Of a stretch of DNA of 64,000 nucleotides, positions 1 to 13,038 are shown one piece after another. The notes under the pieces were generated by a model. It ran no database searches. It was given only the letters and a program-made list of their open reading frames with translations, and was not told the DNA's origin. Origin of the DNA: Cycas panzhihuaensis (taxonomy: Eukaryota; Plantae; Cycadophyta); NCBI GenBank assembly GCA_023213395.1, contig CM041465.1:67897741-67961740 (forward strand), written 5' to 3'. A program made the translations under genes and the position numbers. Each line of letters begins with the position of its first letter. Position 1 is the first letter of the stretch.

Positions 1-3000
1 ATAGTTATGGTGAAGGGGTAGTGCCATTGGTATTCCCTTTCACCAGTTGGGGGACGATCCTTGGGATCGAAAGAGATGATGGTTTTATGACTTGAGGCAA
101 CACCCAAGGCGTAAACGGGTACGTCACCCAATCCCAAGGTTTCCAAGAGAAGGGTGTGTTGTCCATGGTAGCTTCTTAGCACATTCGTCATGGACATCCC
201 CGCAGCCATGGTGTGAAGTTCGTTGACAATGGAGAAAGGCTTCCCCTTTGCAGTAGGTTAGGGAAGAGCCCTTCAAAAGTCATAATGAAAAGGGCATACA
301 GGAATAGTCTTGGGAAGTGTGGGGACTTCTAGAGGAGGGACTTCCAGAAGAGGATCAAGATGAGGTGTGGAAGAAGAGGCGTCATTCACCTCTTTAGCTG
401 CTTGAGACCAAGTTAGGGCATATAATAGCATGGTCTTGAGTATTTGAATGACTCTCTTTCCCTTATTCTGGGATCGAGATGGTGAAGGAGTGTGGTAGTT
501 GGGAGAACTGAAAGAAGAAGATAAGTTCCTTACACCCTTTCCTTTAGTTTGTTAAGGGCAGGGGTTTGGGGGCCTATCTCTATTTTGGTTACCCTTTTGT
601 TGGTTGTTGTGATCACATTCCCCATGCTTGGGGAAGGCATCATTATGGACAGGCTGGTCTAGGTTGAGCCTTGATGCCCATTTGGGAGAAGAATCACATT
701 GCGGGGCAGATCAAGAGTGTTAGGCCTAGCATTATAAATCTTCGTGGAAGCATTCCCCATGGATCGAACATCATTTCTTCTCTAAGGAGGAATCGGGATT
801 CCTAGTTTGAGAAGAATGGGTGTTACCACCCTTGGAGGGAGTAGCTTGAGAGGCTTGGTGAACTAGTTTGTGTGAAGTAGGCGATGAAGGAGTTTGGACT
901 TTAAGTTCCTTCATAGTACATTCGAAGGAACGTATAGTAAAAGTAAGAGAGTCTAGGGTTTTCTCCGTTGGGTGAGAAGAAGACCTAGGAGGCTATTGGA
1001 CTTTAGTCTTACAGGGTGGAGGAGGTGCCTCACGTCGTTATGAGAGCTTGAGAGGTTTCTTAAGACCTACCCAGATCTCAATGGCCTCAATCGCCAAGCA
1101 CTTAGCTATGGCAGAGTTGCACGTCATTGCCCCCATTTTGAAGACTTCAACGTAGACTTCTAGACGGAGGGTGTTGACAAAGAGATCCCTCTTTAGCTCC
1201 TCATGCAAGGTTACCTTTGTGGAGTGGAGGAGACCATAGAAGCATCTCACAAAGTCATGATTCATCTTATTATGACCTTGTTTGAAAGATAAAAGAGCTT
1301 TCATTCCACTCTCGAATGGATGAGCTACGTCAAAATAGTTGATGAATTCATCCACGAGTTGTTAGAATCAAAGGATAGAATATGATGACAACTGATAGAA
1401 CCACTTAAGAGCATCACCTTAAAGGGAACATGGGAAGAGTTTCATGAGTATGTGATTGTAAGCCCAATAATCAATGAATGCCATAAAAAAACCACAGACA
1501 TCCTCCGTTGGGTCTTGTGACGAGGTCCTATCGAATTTGGGAACCTCGGGAGGGTGAGGTAGTAAGTTGGTTCTTAGTGCCTCAATGGATAGAGGTGTTG
1601 ATTTGTAGTCCATAAAGGGATATGCCCTTGATTGGACCATAAGATCAAAAGAAGGCAGAAGAGGGGGTGGGCAAGGTTACCTAAACCCTCCTTAAGAGAT
1701 TTGGTTTGAAAGGGGATATTGACCTCCTCCTATTTGGTGAGAAGGAGCTAATCCCAAATATGAGGGAATTTGCATAGGAGTGGGTGGGTATAAGGGATCC
1801 ATCCCTCCTTGGAAAAATGCCCCTTATTGGAAAGGAGCTTGTGAAAAGGTGCCTTAGGAGGGGACTTATTCTCCTTGCAAAGGAACAACATGAGGGGTGA
1901 CATAGGAGGATGGAAAAGAGGGGTGTGAAACCAAGTTTTGCCCATATGGTCCACCCGTAGGTGGAGTGACACCATAAGGATGCAAAGGGTCCACCCCATA
2001 AACTGGAAGGGAATTTCTCTTAGAATGCCCCCACGAATGAGAAGTATAACCTAGAGGCACGTAGAGGGAAAGATCCCTAGGTTAATACTAGGAATGTGTG
2101 GGGATGGGCCCCACATAGTTAGAAGTAGGGGCACATGCAGGTCCCCTAAATCTAATGGGTCATGGATATACTATGGTAGGTGAAGGTGTAGTCATTTGAC
2201 TAGAAGGGGACATGCTCATCCCAAGTTGGGAAGAGCACATGCCTTGAGTGATGCCTAAAGAACATGGACCATGGGGAGAGGAAGATGAAGTGAAAGGCAT
2301 GCTCATCATAGGTAAGGGAGTTGAATGAGATGGACAAGGTAAGGTGGATGTAGAGGAAGGAAGCGCAACGCTTCGCAAGATGCTCTCGAACCACTTAGGA
2401 TGCAGTTGGAGGCAAGCGGCTTGGAAGCATTGGCTAAGGGCTTCGACAACATCCATAGGAGGGGTATCCGCTTGATCATAAGAGGTATAAGGGACCTCAT
2501 ATAAGGCAAACCTCACGGGGTGATCCTCATGAGAATCACCACCAGGGTGGTAGAACTCTAGAGGAGAAGAGGCCTCTACTTCATGAGTAGAGAGGTGGCA
2601 AACTTACAGCTATTCTTAGTCACCCAGATAAAGGATAGGGTCCTCACCCTCTTGGGTGGGCCCTTGGAAAGAGGTAGAAGGCTCATGTGACTCGGATGCG
2701 TAGGCATGATATGCCCAATTAAAAAGAAAACCTTCCAGGGTCGAATCAAAATCTGACAAATGAAGGGGGTGATAAGAGAGATCTTCCAACAAAAGGGGAA
2801 GGCCTTGTAAGCGACATGAAAATAATTGCATATAAGTTCTGCCTGGAGGTTAGAAGGAAGAAACAAAGGATAGTAAGATGCAAGTATTGGGGGCCACCTA
2901 ACTAAACTAGGAGATCTACCGCAAAGGAGGTAGCGACAACAGGAAGGGAGATAGGATTAAGGATTAATCCCTTACTAGCAGTTCCCTAGTATGATCACCA

Positions 3001-3001
3001 A
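1..3001 (-). mobile_element. Second internal domain of element A (PBS + gag, running off the window)
   Basis: Position 1 aligns to 10047 and the alignment is colinear to 3001/13038, roughly 85-90% identical by eye. It has its own PBS next to the left LTR. Confidence 0.93.
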
Positions 3002-6000
3002 TGGAATCACACCTATGGGGGGGGTAACCACACTTAGTTAATATCAAACCAACCAATAAAGTGTTTCAGAGCTGAGGATCTATTGGGCAAGTGAAAGAAA
3101 TCACCCACAAAGGGCATCCTACGTTAGAATGCAAGTTTGAGACCCACAAATGGCAAATAAACCCCTTTGAGACAACTCTACCTTGGTTGGGAGTGATAAA
3201 GAGATGAGGGATATCCTCGGTTTCCTAAGTAACCTTAAACGATGGGCCCTCCCACCCTTGGATGGGCGAAGGAAGGAGGAGAGGACAGGCGAGGGAATGA
3301 CTCCTTGCATGAAAAGGGGATATGAGAGAGGTGGTTCTAGGTAGGAAATATGGGTGGTATGCACTCATGAAAGGTTGCGAAGGTGGCCAATCCTACGGGT
3401 GTAGAACCAACTTGAAGCTCACGCTAGGGTGGCCTAGCTACAATAAATAAAATAATGACCAAAGGAAATGGGGAGCCTTGAAAGGGAGATGCCCTTAAGG
3501 TGCTACACCTAATGTGGTCTTAGGAGTGTGAGTTGTTAATGGAAATGTTTTAATACTTTTGCATGTGGGTTGTTATTTAAAGTGTGTATTGATGAGGTTA
3601 TGTATACGATAATGTGTTCTTGTGTGCAACAGAGTTCTTTCAAAAAAATAGAATAATAGCATAAAAACCCACTTGTTCACTCACGCATGCATATCCTCAC
3701 TCTCATTAACTTTCGAGTGTGAAAGGAAAGGAGCTAACGAGGAAGCTATGTGTGATACAGGGCATATGCAAGGGACGCAAGTTCAACTAAACATGTAATA
3801 AATATGATCCTTATCTCATGCACTTTGTCAAACAAGAAAGCAGGCTAACTAAGTGTAAATGACATATGTAAATTCCCTTTTTTTTCTTTTCCTTTAAGTG
3901 ATATATGGGGGCGAAGGAAGGGAAGCAAGAGAAAGAGGACTAGAGGGAAGCGGAAGGTGTACCTGGGAACTAGGCGATCGAAGGAGTGCTACCCCTTATT
4001 GTATTCACTTTCCTCGTGCTACTCCCAACCGTGGATAGCATGACGGAGTGGTGCCGGTGAAGGAGGATAGGGGCTTCCTTACCTTCCCCAAATTCAAATG
4101 GAAACGGAAGAGAAAGGAAGAGTTGTAATAAGAATACTCAAAAGAAATAGCGATCAGAAAGGCAGGAATGTACATGGATTAGAATGTCCTTCTTCTTCTT
4201 CACGCGTAGCAAGAAGGAAACCTGCAACCAAGCAACGTTTGCCCTTTTCCATGAGGTAGCAAGAACACAAGGGATATATATGTAATATATAGAATAATAT
4301 GATGCAAACTATCTAAGTCAAAGAAACATTTACAACACAAGACTAGCTCTCAACTCCTTTTTATGCTAACTTGCGAATAATATGAAAAAGGGGCTTAGAG
4401 GAGAAAGGATACGATTAGCCTTGAAATGGCTAACCCTTCCAGATCTATGATACTCCATGTTGTCCAAGTACCAAAGTGGCCAAGCAAGGCAAATGTAACA
4501 AAACCTTGAGATGTAAACAGTAGGTTACGGGTGAGATTGTGTGTGTTGTCAATGTTGCCAAAGCTGTAAAGTGTAACTTTTGCAACCTTAAACTAGCCTA
4601 ACACTAAGTGACGGGTAGGGTATAGTTTGGAGTTGTAATCCTACTCATGTAAGGTTTGCAAAGCTAAGAGCAAGCATAGCAATGGGCTGCATATGCTGCT
4701 ACTAGCAGTAACCTCTCTTCCAATAGCTCTTTGAAAGCCCAAGGGAAGCACAGAGGAGGAGAGGTAGGGAGAGAAGGGGGTTTCCCTTGAGGAGAAGGCT
4801 CATTGGGTACGGAACCCACCTTTACTCCTTTCACTCTTCTTTGAAGCCTCTTCCTCGCTACCTCTTTAGAGAAACTAGGGAAGAGCTAGAAGGAAATAAT
4901 GAGCAAACGAGAAAGGGAATATTTACCTATCGTTTACAATAAAAAAAACAAAAAAAACTGGAGAAAGAAGGTGTTGTAGGAAGTATACAAATGACCTTGA
5001 AATATTTGAAAGGGGTAAAGTAAAATAAAAAGTGATGAGTACCTGCTATGGGTAGATCAAGGGCAGATCTACCTAAAAATAAGAGAGGAATACCAACCTT
5101 GTGGGATTTACAGGTGAAACCCCAAAGGAGCAGCAAACTGGAGACAAAACTAGAATAAGATAGGAGATTTGTGCTTGGCGGTGTACTTAGAGTGCGTCTT
5201 TCCTTTCATTAATTATGTTGTAGACCTGCTATTACAGATCTGGAGCTAAAAAGGATTGGTATCAGGCTAAGAAGTTGATGTGTCAGACCTGTATTATTGT
5301 AGGGTATTTCTATGGAAAAATCCCAAGCGTGAGTGAGAGATAGAGTTTGAGAGAGTGGAAGAGGAAGAAATGAAGGCATTTTTGGGTTTTTAAACCCAAC
5401 CCTAGCTCAACTAAGCGATCAGGATTTAGCTTGGGCCAAAAATAAGTCTTTGCCACATGGTAATTTCACAATAAATGCGAAATTAACCATGGAATTTTTT
5501 TTTTTTAAATATATGGTAGTCGCCCCGTGGTAAACTCTACAGTACCATAAAGTTTACAGCGGTACCACGATTTTTATCGCAGTATAGCAAAGAAATAACA
5601 AAAGGAAGTTTCGAAGCTCTAGAAAAAGGGAGATGCTTCAGGCTTAAGGGGCATGACACTCTGTCCAAGTGGTAGGAGACAGTCATGGGACCTAAGAAAC
5701 CTATGATAGACGAAATATCAAAGGCGAGAAGCTCCCAAAAAGTTAATAAGTAAAAAGATGCCAACCATGCATAGGCGAGGTGCTAGGGGTCGAGTTATAT
5801 TAATGGGTGATGTGATCAGGCTATGGAAGCTAATTGGTACTTGGGGACAACGCAAAGATGTGGAGGAAGGTTGTGGAGTGCCATGGGATGCATATCCCTA
5901 AATTGTCATAGGCTAAAGTTGTGTAATGCAACATGATCAAGTAGCGGATGCATAATGATCACTCAATGAACCAAACAGTCATGTAATGAAAATGAAATGC

Positions 6001-6102
6001 TTCAATCCACCTCTAGTAGAACTAATGAAGGTAAGGGATAAAAGCATACCTGCACTTACCTGAGTCGACCCATCCACACCCATTCCCGGTAGCTAGGAAA
6101 CA
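3002..6102 (-). repeat. LTR of element A (shared middle LTR)
   Basis: Minus strand starts TGTTTCCT at 6102 right after the PPT and ends ...TTCCA at 3002 just before a PBS. Confidence 0.92.
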
Positions 6103-6112
6103 CTGCCCCCTT
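6103..6112 (-). promoter_or_regulatory. Polypurine tract of element A
   Basis: AAGGGGGCAG immediately precedes the TG of the LTR on the minus strand. Confidence 0.85.
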
Positions 6113-6557
6113 AGCAATAGAGCCTCGTTATTCGAAAGTGTAATATGATGGTGAATGCTGGCAATAAAATGTTAGTAATACACACACAAAGCACTAATGA
6201 TAAGATCCAAGGATAATGGCGAGTGCCATGGCAGAACACATGGGTGCAATGATGAGGAAGAGACGACATAGGGACTGCCTATGCATTGCCTTAAGGTCAA
6301 CAGGTAGAAAAATGGATGAGAGGGGATGCTCCCTAGTCGCATGAATGCAAAGCAACTAATGGTTATAATCATGACTTTAGTCAAACAAATATTGTAAAAG
6401 AGGTGTTACGGACATAGAAGGACTACAGTGATGAGGGTTCCATACTAAGAGCGACACAGATGGTAGGGTGAAGAAAGGAACCTAGCGGTTGCCATAGTTT
6501 AACCTCATTAGCAGCCAGTTTTTAGAGGTGTAAACGGGTCACAACACTGGAAAGGAA

Positions 6558-7020
6558 TTATCTAAAACTTGGGTTCCTAGTCGACCGGACAAGTTTCTCA
6601 AGGGGGGTCATCGAGGAGAGGGAGGCGATGCTCAAGGATGAGACGAATAAGGCCATCTACCTTAGCGTTGCGATCCTAAGGGATATGTCAGATATCAATA
6701 GAAGGGAAATGAAATAAAAGGGAACTAGCGATTGAGACGAGAGCCCTTAGATATGGGCAACGCACCTAGTAGACCATGGTGAGGTGAGACACTACAACCT
6801 GAGAGTCGCAAAGGAGGAGGATGGGTCTGTGATGGAAGTAGAACGCACTGGTGAGGGCTTCAATAATGGTTGTGTATTCAACTTCATTATTCGTGGCTTT
6901 ATGAAGGAATACCTCAGAATGCATATAGTCGTATCCGAAGGGGTCACAGAGGATCCACGTAGTAGTGGAAGGACCTAGGTTACCATGACTTCTACCATCG
7001 GTGAAGATGAGCAAAGCCAT
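6558..7020 (-). pseudogene. Stand-alone archaeal-type RNase H (aRH) ORF
   Basis: ACCATGG start, then MALLIFTDGRSHGNLG...ATNNEVEY...LLCDSQVV...HIP*DRNAKVDGL. All four D-E-D-D catalytic positions are visible; there are three in-frame stops. Confidence 0.85.
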
Positions 7021-7584
7021 GGTAGAAGGGATAGAAATCTCAATAAGGTAAATGACAAAAAGGTGACGGCAGGGTTGACGAGTGAAAAAAAGACTCAACA
7101 GGGTAAAATAGCCACAAGGCACTCAGTTAATTATGAATGAAGGTCATAAGAGGCAGGAGGACCCAAGGAAGAGGCTTATCGAGGATGAAGAGACCGACCC
7201 GACGGACAGGAAAGAGACGGCGACAAAGAGGCCCCTTTAGGATCCCAGAGGTCACTAGAGGGAGCATAGCGTAGTCCCAAATGGGGGAGGTGCTTCCTTT
7301 GGGAGCCCTAAAGGCTCGAATAGGCAGCAGAACTAGGTTCAAGATGATGAAATGAGCCAAATGAGTATAAACACGGGCATGCTTTGGGATGGTACAAAAA
7401 TTGAGATAACAAGGATCTGTGAAAGACTGAAGGGGTCATCATAAATACACCTAAGAGGCAAAAAAGGAGGCCATGGAGGCAAAACAGGGGACAAACCTAA
7501 AAGACAAAGGTAATATGGGGAAAGAGATGGTCCTAAGGTATGTCATAGCAGAAAAAAAGGAGGAGGTGTCCATTGGGGCCCTCG

Positions 7585-7595
7585 CCTATATAAGG
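7585..7595. promoter_or_regulatory. Near-palindromic TATA box (CCTATATAAGG) in the 3' region of element A
   Basis: TATATA reads on both strands, next to GGGCCC, between the aRH ORF and a plus-strand intron-like unit. Function is inferred. Confidence 0.5.
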
Positions 7596-8384
7596 AAAAC
7601 AAAGTGAAAATGGGATTCATTTTCACGGGCTCGCGATCGATCTAGAGCCCTTTCCCTTATGCAGTAGAGTGCTACCCAACTTTAGAGGCACACAGAGACA
7701 GATTAGGCCGTTGGATCGAGGTGAGAAAATAGTCATTAGGACCGGGGTGACAAGATAGTCGTAGTGAGATCGAATCCAATGAGTGGATTGCCCCCTACCT
7801 ATTGTATTTTTTCACTTGAATATAATATATTTTAATACTTTTCTATAGTAGTTTTGAGCCCCTTAAGGGTGAATTGGGACCCTCTGGAGCCCAATTTAGG
7901 CCCAGAGAGGGGTAGGACCAAGGTATTAGGTAGCCCTAGTCCTAGTGGGCCTGAGTGTAGCTCACTTGGGCAAAAATTTTGGGGTTTTTTGGGCGTTAAT
8001 CCCCCCTTTTTTCGGGGGTATGGGTGGCCCTGCGGTAAAATATGCAGTGCTATAGAGTTTGTCATGGGGCTACCTAGAGCACGCTAAAGTGTCAGCGAGG
8101 CTCTAGTCAAACTCTATAGTACCATAAAGTTTGACATGGGGCAGGCAGACCTTATGGAAAAAGAAAGGAGAGAGGCTTGGAAAGGTGCCAAATTTAGACC
8201 CGAAGAGGGGAAGAGGCAACCTAAGGGAAAGTAGCCAGATGTAGAGGTGTTCTGACTAATTGTTAGGTGTTTTGCAGACTATTATCATAGTAGATAATTG
8301 CGAAAATATAGAGATCACCATGATGAGCTTTCTTGAGATAATGACTCAAGGTGACAGATGGATCTTAGGGAGTTATGGACTATT

Positions 8385-8830
8385 GAAGGCTGTCTTGTGA
8401 TGGTCCTCGAGAGAAATTTAGATTTGGTTATAGCCTAAGAAGCCATCCATTAGGGACATGACTTCAAAACCATCGATTCGATCAATGATTTGATCGATAA
8501 AGGGGAGAGGGAAGTTATTCTTAGGACATGCATTGTTGATGTTATGAAAATCAACGCATATCCTAAATGTCCTATTCTTTTTAGCAATAAGGATAATATT
8601 AGACACCCACTTGGAGTAGTCGATAGAAGTGATTAACCCCATATTTAGGAGTTTTTCCATTTCCATCTTCACAGTAGCCAAAAGTCTTGGGTGAAAAGGG
8701 TGCTGGTTTTGATGCACAGGGTGAGCACCCGGGATGGTGGTAAGGTTATGGATAATGATAAAAGGGTCTATTCCCTTCATATTAGAATAGTCCCACGTAA
8801 AGACATATCAGAATTCCTAGAATAGGAGAG
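8385..8830 (-). pseudogene. Reverse transcriptase N-terminal part, truncated after KTAF
   Basis: MKGIDP...WVSNI...FRICVDF...FPLPFIDQ...SLMDGFLGYNQI*ISLEDHHKTAF, after which similarity stops. No YxDD, RH or integrase follows. Confidence 0.9.
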
Positions 8831-9742
8831 TGTATTCCTTCATTTCATTAGGAGAGCATTCTGCTCCTACCTTCATGACCTTACCCAGGGCAAGGACTAT
8901 GTCCTTGGTTGCCCCCATGCACATGGCACTCCCTTCCTCAAAATGAAGGGGTGCCTGGTCAATAGGAGGGGGTGGAATAAGAGATGGATTTGTGTTGACG
9001 AGAGATGACCCAATAGCTAGGACCTTCTCGTAACCAAGCCTATGGTGACTAGGAGGGAAGTTGGGTATGGAGCCCACCAAATACTTGAGAAAAGCCTCAT
9101 CATCCTCAAAATAATCCATCCCATGGATGACCACGCTTCGAGAAGATAAAGAGCGAGGAGTAAAAGGAGTGACAGGACCGTAGCAGTTGACCCACCACTC
9201 GATATACTCAAGGGACTCTTTGGAAGAGTCAGAGGGAGGCCTCTTATGAGGAGTGACAAGAGGTTCCCTCGCTTCATCACCTACGAAAGGTGATGAAGTA
9301 GAAAGTAAAGTGACATGAGAAATAGCATGATTAACAGGAATAATAACATGCAACCCAAGGGAAAAGCAAGTCTCTTTAATGGAAGGGATTTCAAGTCAGG
9401 ACCTAAAATGAAGGGAGTGCCCCCTACTCGTGCTTAGGAGGGATATGGGATGAGGAAGGTCATCATCGTCACTGTCAAACTCATCGTCGCTAAGCATGGT
9501 GAGATACCCATAGCTCCCCACACAAATAGGGGTGAAGTGTATAAGGTTGGAGGAAGAAGAGGAAGGGCCTTCTTCCAAAGGGGATGAATCAAGGATGTCA
9601 ATGAAATAAGTAGAAGCATGGACAGAAGGACCCTTGTTGCCCTTTGCCTAATTGCAAACCACTTGATGAGGTTGACAAGTTGTTTGGTGGGAGGGGGCTC
9701 CTGGGAGACAACTCTCATTTTCCCCTCATGGACAAATTTAAG

Positions 9743-10020
9743 TTATCCCCATCGGGACGAGCACACGACTCCCATTTGGTCAAGCCATGGGCATCCTAAT
9801 AAGATATTGTAATCGATGTCCATGTCAAGGACTACAATGTCAGTAAGGACAGTCTTTTCCTCAAGAGTAAGAGGGATAAATATCGATCCCAAGGGTGTTT
9901 TTCTGCTACCATCGTAGCATTGACACCGCCATACAATCGGTTCGAGGGTTGGAATGCCAAGTTCTTGCATAACGTGCAAAGACATGGCATTAACGGAAGA
10001 ACCATTGTCTACAATAGTTC
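9743..10020 (-). pseudogene. Aspartic protease of element A
   Basis: TIVDNGSSVNAM active-site motif and C-terminal YNILLGCPWL. Confidence 0.88.
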
Positions 10021-11038
10021 TTCAAAGAGTGCAATCAGGTGTGTCAATAGTTATGGTGAAGGGGTAGTGCCATTGGCATTCCCTTTCACCAATTTGGGGA
10101 AGATCCTTGGGATCGAAAGAGATGATAGGTTCATGACTTGAGGCGACGCCCAAGGCATAAATGGGCATGTCACCCAATCCCAAGGTTTCTAAGAGAAGGG
10201 TGTGTTCTTCAAGGCAGCTTCTTAGTACATCCATCATGGACATCCCCGTAGCCATGGTGTGAAGTTCATCGATAATGGATAAAGGCTTCCTCTTTGCAGT
10301 AGGTTGGGGAAGAGCACTTTGAAAGTCATAACGAATAGGGAACTGGGGAATAGTCTTGGGAAGTATGGGAACTTCTAAAGGAGGGACTTTCATAAGAGCA
10401 TCAAGATAAGGTGTGGAAGAAGAGGCACCATTCGCCTCTTTAGTTACTTGAGACTGAGTTAGGGCATATAATGGCATGGTCTCGAGTATTTGAATGACTC
10501 TCTTTCCTTTATTCTGGGATTGAGATGGTGAAGGAGTGTGGCAGTCGGGAGAACCAAAAGAAGAGGATAAGTTCCTTGCACCATTTCCTTTAATTTATGA
10601 AGGGCAAAGGTTTGGGGACCTTTCTCTATTTTGGTTACCCTTTTGTTGGTTATTGCAATCACATTCCCCATGTTTGGGAAATAAATCCTTATGGACAGGT
10701 TGGTCTAGGTTGGGCCTTGACTCCTGTTTAGGAGAAGAATCACATTATGGGGCAGCTCTAGTATGTTAGGCCCAGCATTGTGAATCTTCATGGAAGCATT
10801 CCCCATGGATGGAACACCATTTCTTCTCTAGGGAGGGACCGAGCTTCCTTGTTTGAGAAGATTGGGTATTACCACCCTTGGAGGGAGTGGCTTAACAGGC
10901 TTGGTGAACTGGTTTGTGTGAAGTAGGCGATGAAGGAGTTTGGACTTTATGTTCCTTCATGGTACATTCCAAGGAACGTATAGCGGAAGTAAAAGGGTCT
11001 AGGGTCTTCTCCATCGGGTGAGAAGAAGACCTAGGAGG

Positions 11039-11686
11039 CTATTGGACTTTAGTCTTGCAAGGTGGAGGAGGTGCCTCACATCGTTGTGAGGGCTTGAGAG
11101 GTTTCTTGAGACTCGCTTGGATCTTAATGGCCTTAATCACCAAGTACTTGGCTATGGTGGAGTCACATGTAGTTGCCCCCATTTTAAAGACTTTAACGTG
11201 GACTTCTGGATGGAGGGTGTTGACAAAGAGATCCCTCTTTAGCTCCTCAAGCAAGGTTGTCTTCGTGGAGTGGAGGAGGTCATGGAAGCATCTCACAAAG
11301 TCATGATTCATCTTATCGTGACCTTGTTCAAGAGACAAAAGAGCTTCCATCCCACTCTTAAAGGGACGATCTACGTCAAAATAGTTGACAAATTCATCCA
11401 TAAGTTATTAGAATAAAAAGATAGAATGTGCTAACAGGTGATAGAACCACTTAAGAGCATTGCCTTGAAGGGAACATGGTAAGAGCTTCATGAGTATGTG
11501 ATCGTAAGCCCAATAATTGATGCATGCCATAGAAAAATCATAGACATACTCTGTTGGGTCTTGTGATGAGGTTCCATTAAATTTGGGAACCTTAGGAGGG
11601 TGAGGCAGTAAGTTGGTTCTTAGCGCCTCGATGGATAGAGGTGTTGATCTATAGTCCATAAAGGGATGTGCCATTGATTGGACCAT
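11039..11686 (-). pseudogene. gag: Gag capsid core (retrotransposon gag); duplicate at 1038-1640
   Basis: PKFNGTSSQDPTEY...LMKLLPCSLQGNALKWFYHL...DEFVNYF...SLEQG motif series, split by stops. Confidence 0.85.
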
Positions 11687-13017
11687 AGGATCAAAAGAAG
11701 GTAGAAGAGGAGGTGGGAAAGGTTACCCAAACCCTCCTTGAGAGATTTGGTTCAAAAGGGGATATTGACCTCCTTCCGTTTGGTGAGAAGGAGCTAATCC
11801 CAAAATTGAGGGAATTTGCATAGGAGTGGGTGGGTACAAGGGATTCATCCCTCCTTGGAAAAATGCCCCTTATTGGAAAGGAGCTTGGGAAAAGATGCCT
11901 TGGGAAGGGACTTGCCCTCCTTGCAAAGGCACAATATAAGTGGTGACATAGGAGGATGGAAAAATGGGGTTTGAAACTGGGTTTTACTCGTATGGTCTAC
12001 CCATAGGTGGAATGACACCATAAGGATGCAAAGGGTCCACCCTATAAACTGGAAGGGAATTTCTCTTACCATGCCCCACAGATGAGAAGTATAACCTAGA
12101 GGCACATGGAGGGAAGGATCCCTAGGTTAAGACTCGAAATATGTGGGGGTGGGCCCCACATAGCTAGAAGTAGGGGTACATGTAGGTCCTCTAAATCTAA
12201 CAAGTTGTAGATATACTAGGTTGGGTGGAGGTGTAGTCGTTTGACTAGAAGGGGGCATGCTCATCCCAAGTTGGGAAGAGCACATGCCTTGAATGATGCC
12301 TAAAGAACATGGACCATGAGGAGAGGAAGATGAAGCGAAAGGCATGCTCATCGTAGGTAAGGGAGTTGAACGAGATGGACAAGGTAAGGTGGATGTAGAG
12401 GAAGGAAGCACAATGCTTCGTAAGACGCTCTCGAACCACTTAAGATGTGGTTGGAGGCGAGCGGCTTGGAAGCATTAGCTAAGGGCTTCGACAACATCCA
12501 CAAGAGGGGTATTCACTTGATCATAAGAGGTAGAAGGGAGCTCTTACGAGGCGGACCACGTGGGGCAGTCCTCATGAGAATCACCACTAGGGTGGTAGAA
12601 CTCTAGAGGAGAAGAGGCCTCTACTTCATGAGTAGAGAGGTGGCAAACTTGCGGTTGTTCTTAGTCACCCAGATAAAAGATAGGGTCCTCACCCTCTTAG
12701 GTGGGCCCTTGGAAAGAGGTAGAAGGCTCATGTGACCCGGATGTGTATGCATGATATGCCCAATTCAAAGGGAAACCTTCCATGGTCGAATCAGAATTCG
12801 ACGAATGAAGGGGATGATAAGAGAGATCTTCCAAAAAAGGAGAAGGCCTCATAAGCAACATGAAAACCATCGCATACAAATTCCCCCTGGAGGTTAGAAG
12901 GAAGAAACAAAGGATAGTGAGACGCAAGCGTTAGGGGCCACCCAACTAAACAATGAGAGCTACCAGAAAGGAGGTAGTGCCAACAGGAAGGAAGAGAGGA
13001 TTAATCCCTTACTGGCA

Positions 13018-13037
13018 GTTCCCTAGTATGATCGCCA
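13018..13037 (-). promoter_or_regulatory. Primer binding site, tRNA-Arg-like (second copy at 2981-3000)
   Basis: TGGCGATCATACTAGGGAAC lies 1 nt after the LTR end. TGGCGA-type PBSs are typical of Tat/Ogre elements; the exact tRNA was not verified. Confidence 0.75.
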
Positions 13038-13038
13038 G

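Noticed and set aside
3119-3364. 81-aa ORF present in both A LTRs
   Set aside because: Retention is explained by LTR duplication; no domain similarity and no clear ATG start.
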